Shown here: positions 19,829 through 20,000 of the stretch, piece after piece
Layout of the letters: each line of letters starts with the position of its first letter
How positions within the stretch are numbered: position 1 is the stretch's first letter
Source of the DNA: Chiloscyllium plagiosum
Lineage: Eukaryota
Assembly (NCBI RefSeq): GCF_004010195.1
Contig: NC_057760.1
Coordinates: 1,419,422 to 1,439,421 of the forward strand
DNA: 20,000 nucleotides
Direction: 5' to 3'
Notes under the pieces: model-generated
What the model was told of the DNA's origin: nothing
Database searches by the model: none
Seen by the model: the letters and a program-made list of their open reading frames with translations, nothing else
Translations under genes and position numbers: made by a program

Positions 19829-19852
19829 TACCTTGCGTTTGGCTTTTCCTCT
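19829..19852 (-). CDS. Candidate 21/24-nt microexon (phase-1 reading xRKSQTQ[G])
   Basis: ttttttttaaaaaaagacag|AGAGGAAAAGCCAAACGCAAG(GTA)|gtaagg; tandem donors 3 nt apart, acceptor ambiguous. Confidence 0.4.
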
Positions 19853-20000
19853 CTGTCTTTTTTTAAAAAAAAGGTTTTGAGTAAAGTGCCAGCCTCTGAA
19901 TTTCGCAGCCAGTCTCCGGGGAGGCGGGATGGTGAAGTGGAGGGGGAGGGTGAGAGTGAGGGGGCGGGGGGGAGCGGGTGGAGAGTTTGGTGAGGAGGGG

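Overview
Repeat-rich vertebrate genomic DNA. The V-SINE (HE1-like), CR1/HER1-like LINE, Penelope-type and minisatellite families suggest a cartilaginous fish (shark); this is inferred from recognising the families, not from a database search. There is no intact long CDS, and most ORF-track entries are repeat artefacts. Contents: (1) a probable 3' UTR and poly(A) site of a plus-strand gene, ending near 4.7 kb; (2) four tRNA-derived V-SINEs and many 5'-truncated CR1-type LINE fragments; (3) several Penelope-derived short elements carrying minimal hammerhead ribozyme motifs, some arranged as head-to-head foldbacks; (4) a small CpG-rich promoter-like patch (7655-7810) directly followed by a ~1.4 kb AT-rich, ~59-bp internally palindromic tandem array; (5) two minisatellite families and two ~200-bp tandem duplications; (6) the most interesting signal, a run of about 11 candidate minus-strand exons between 12.0 and 19.9 kb, mostly 6-30 nt plus one of 51 nt. 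Each is AG/GT-flanked and a multiple of 3, and together they splice into a stop-free S/T/P/G-rich peptide, suggesting a microexon-array gene invisible to ORF finders. Two assembly gaps are present.
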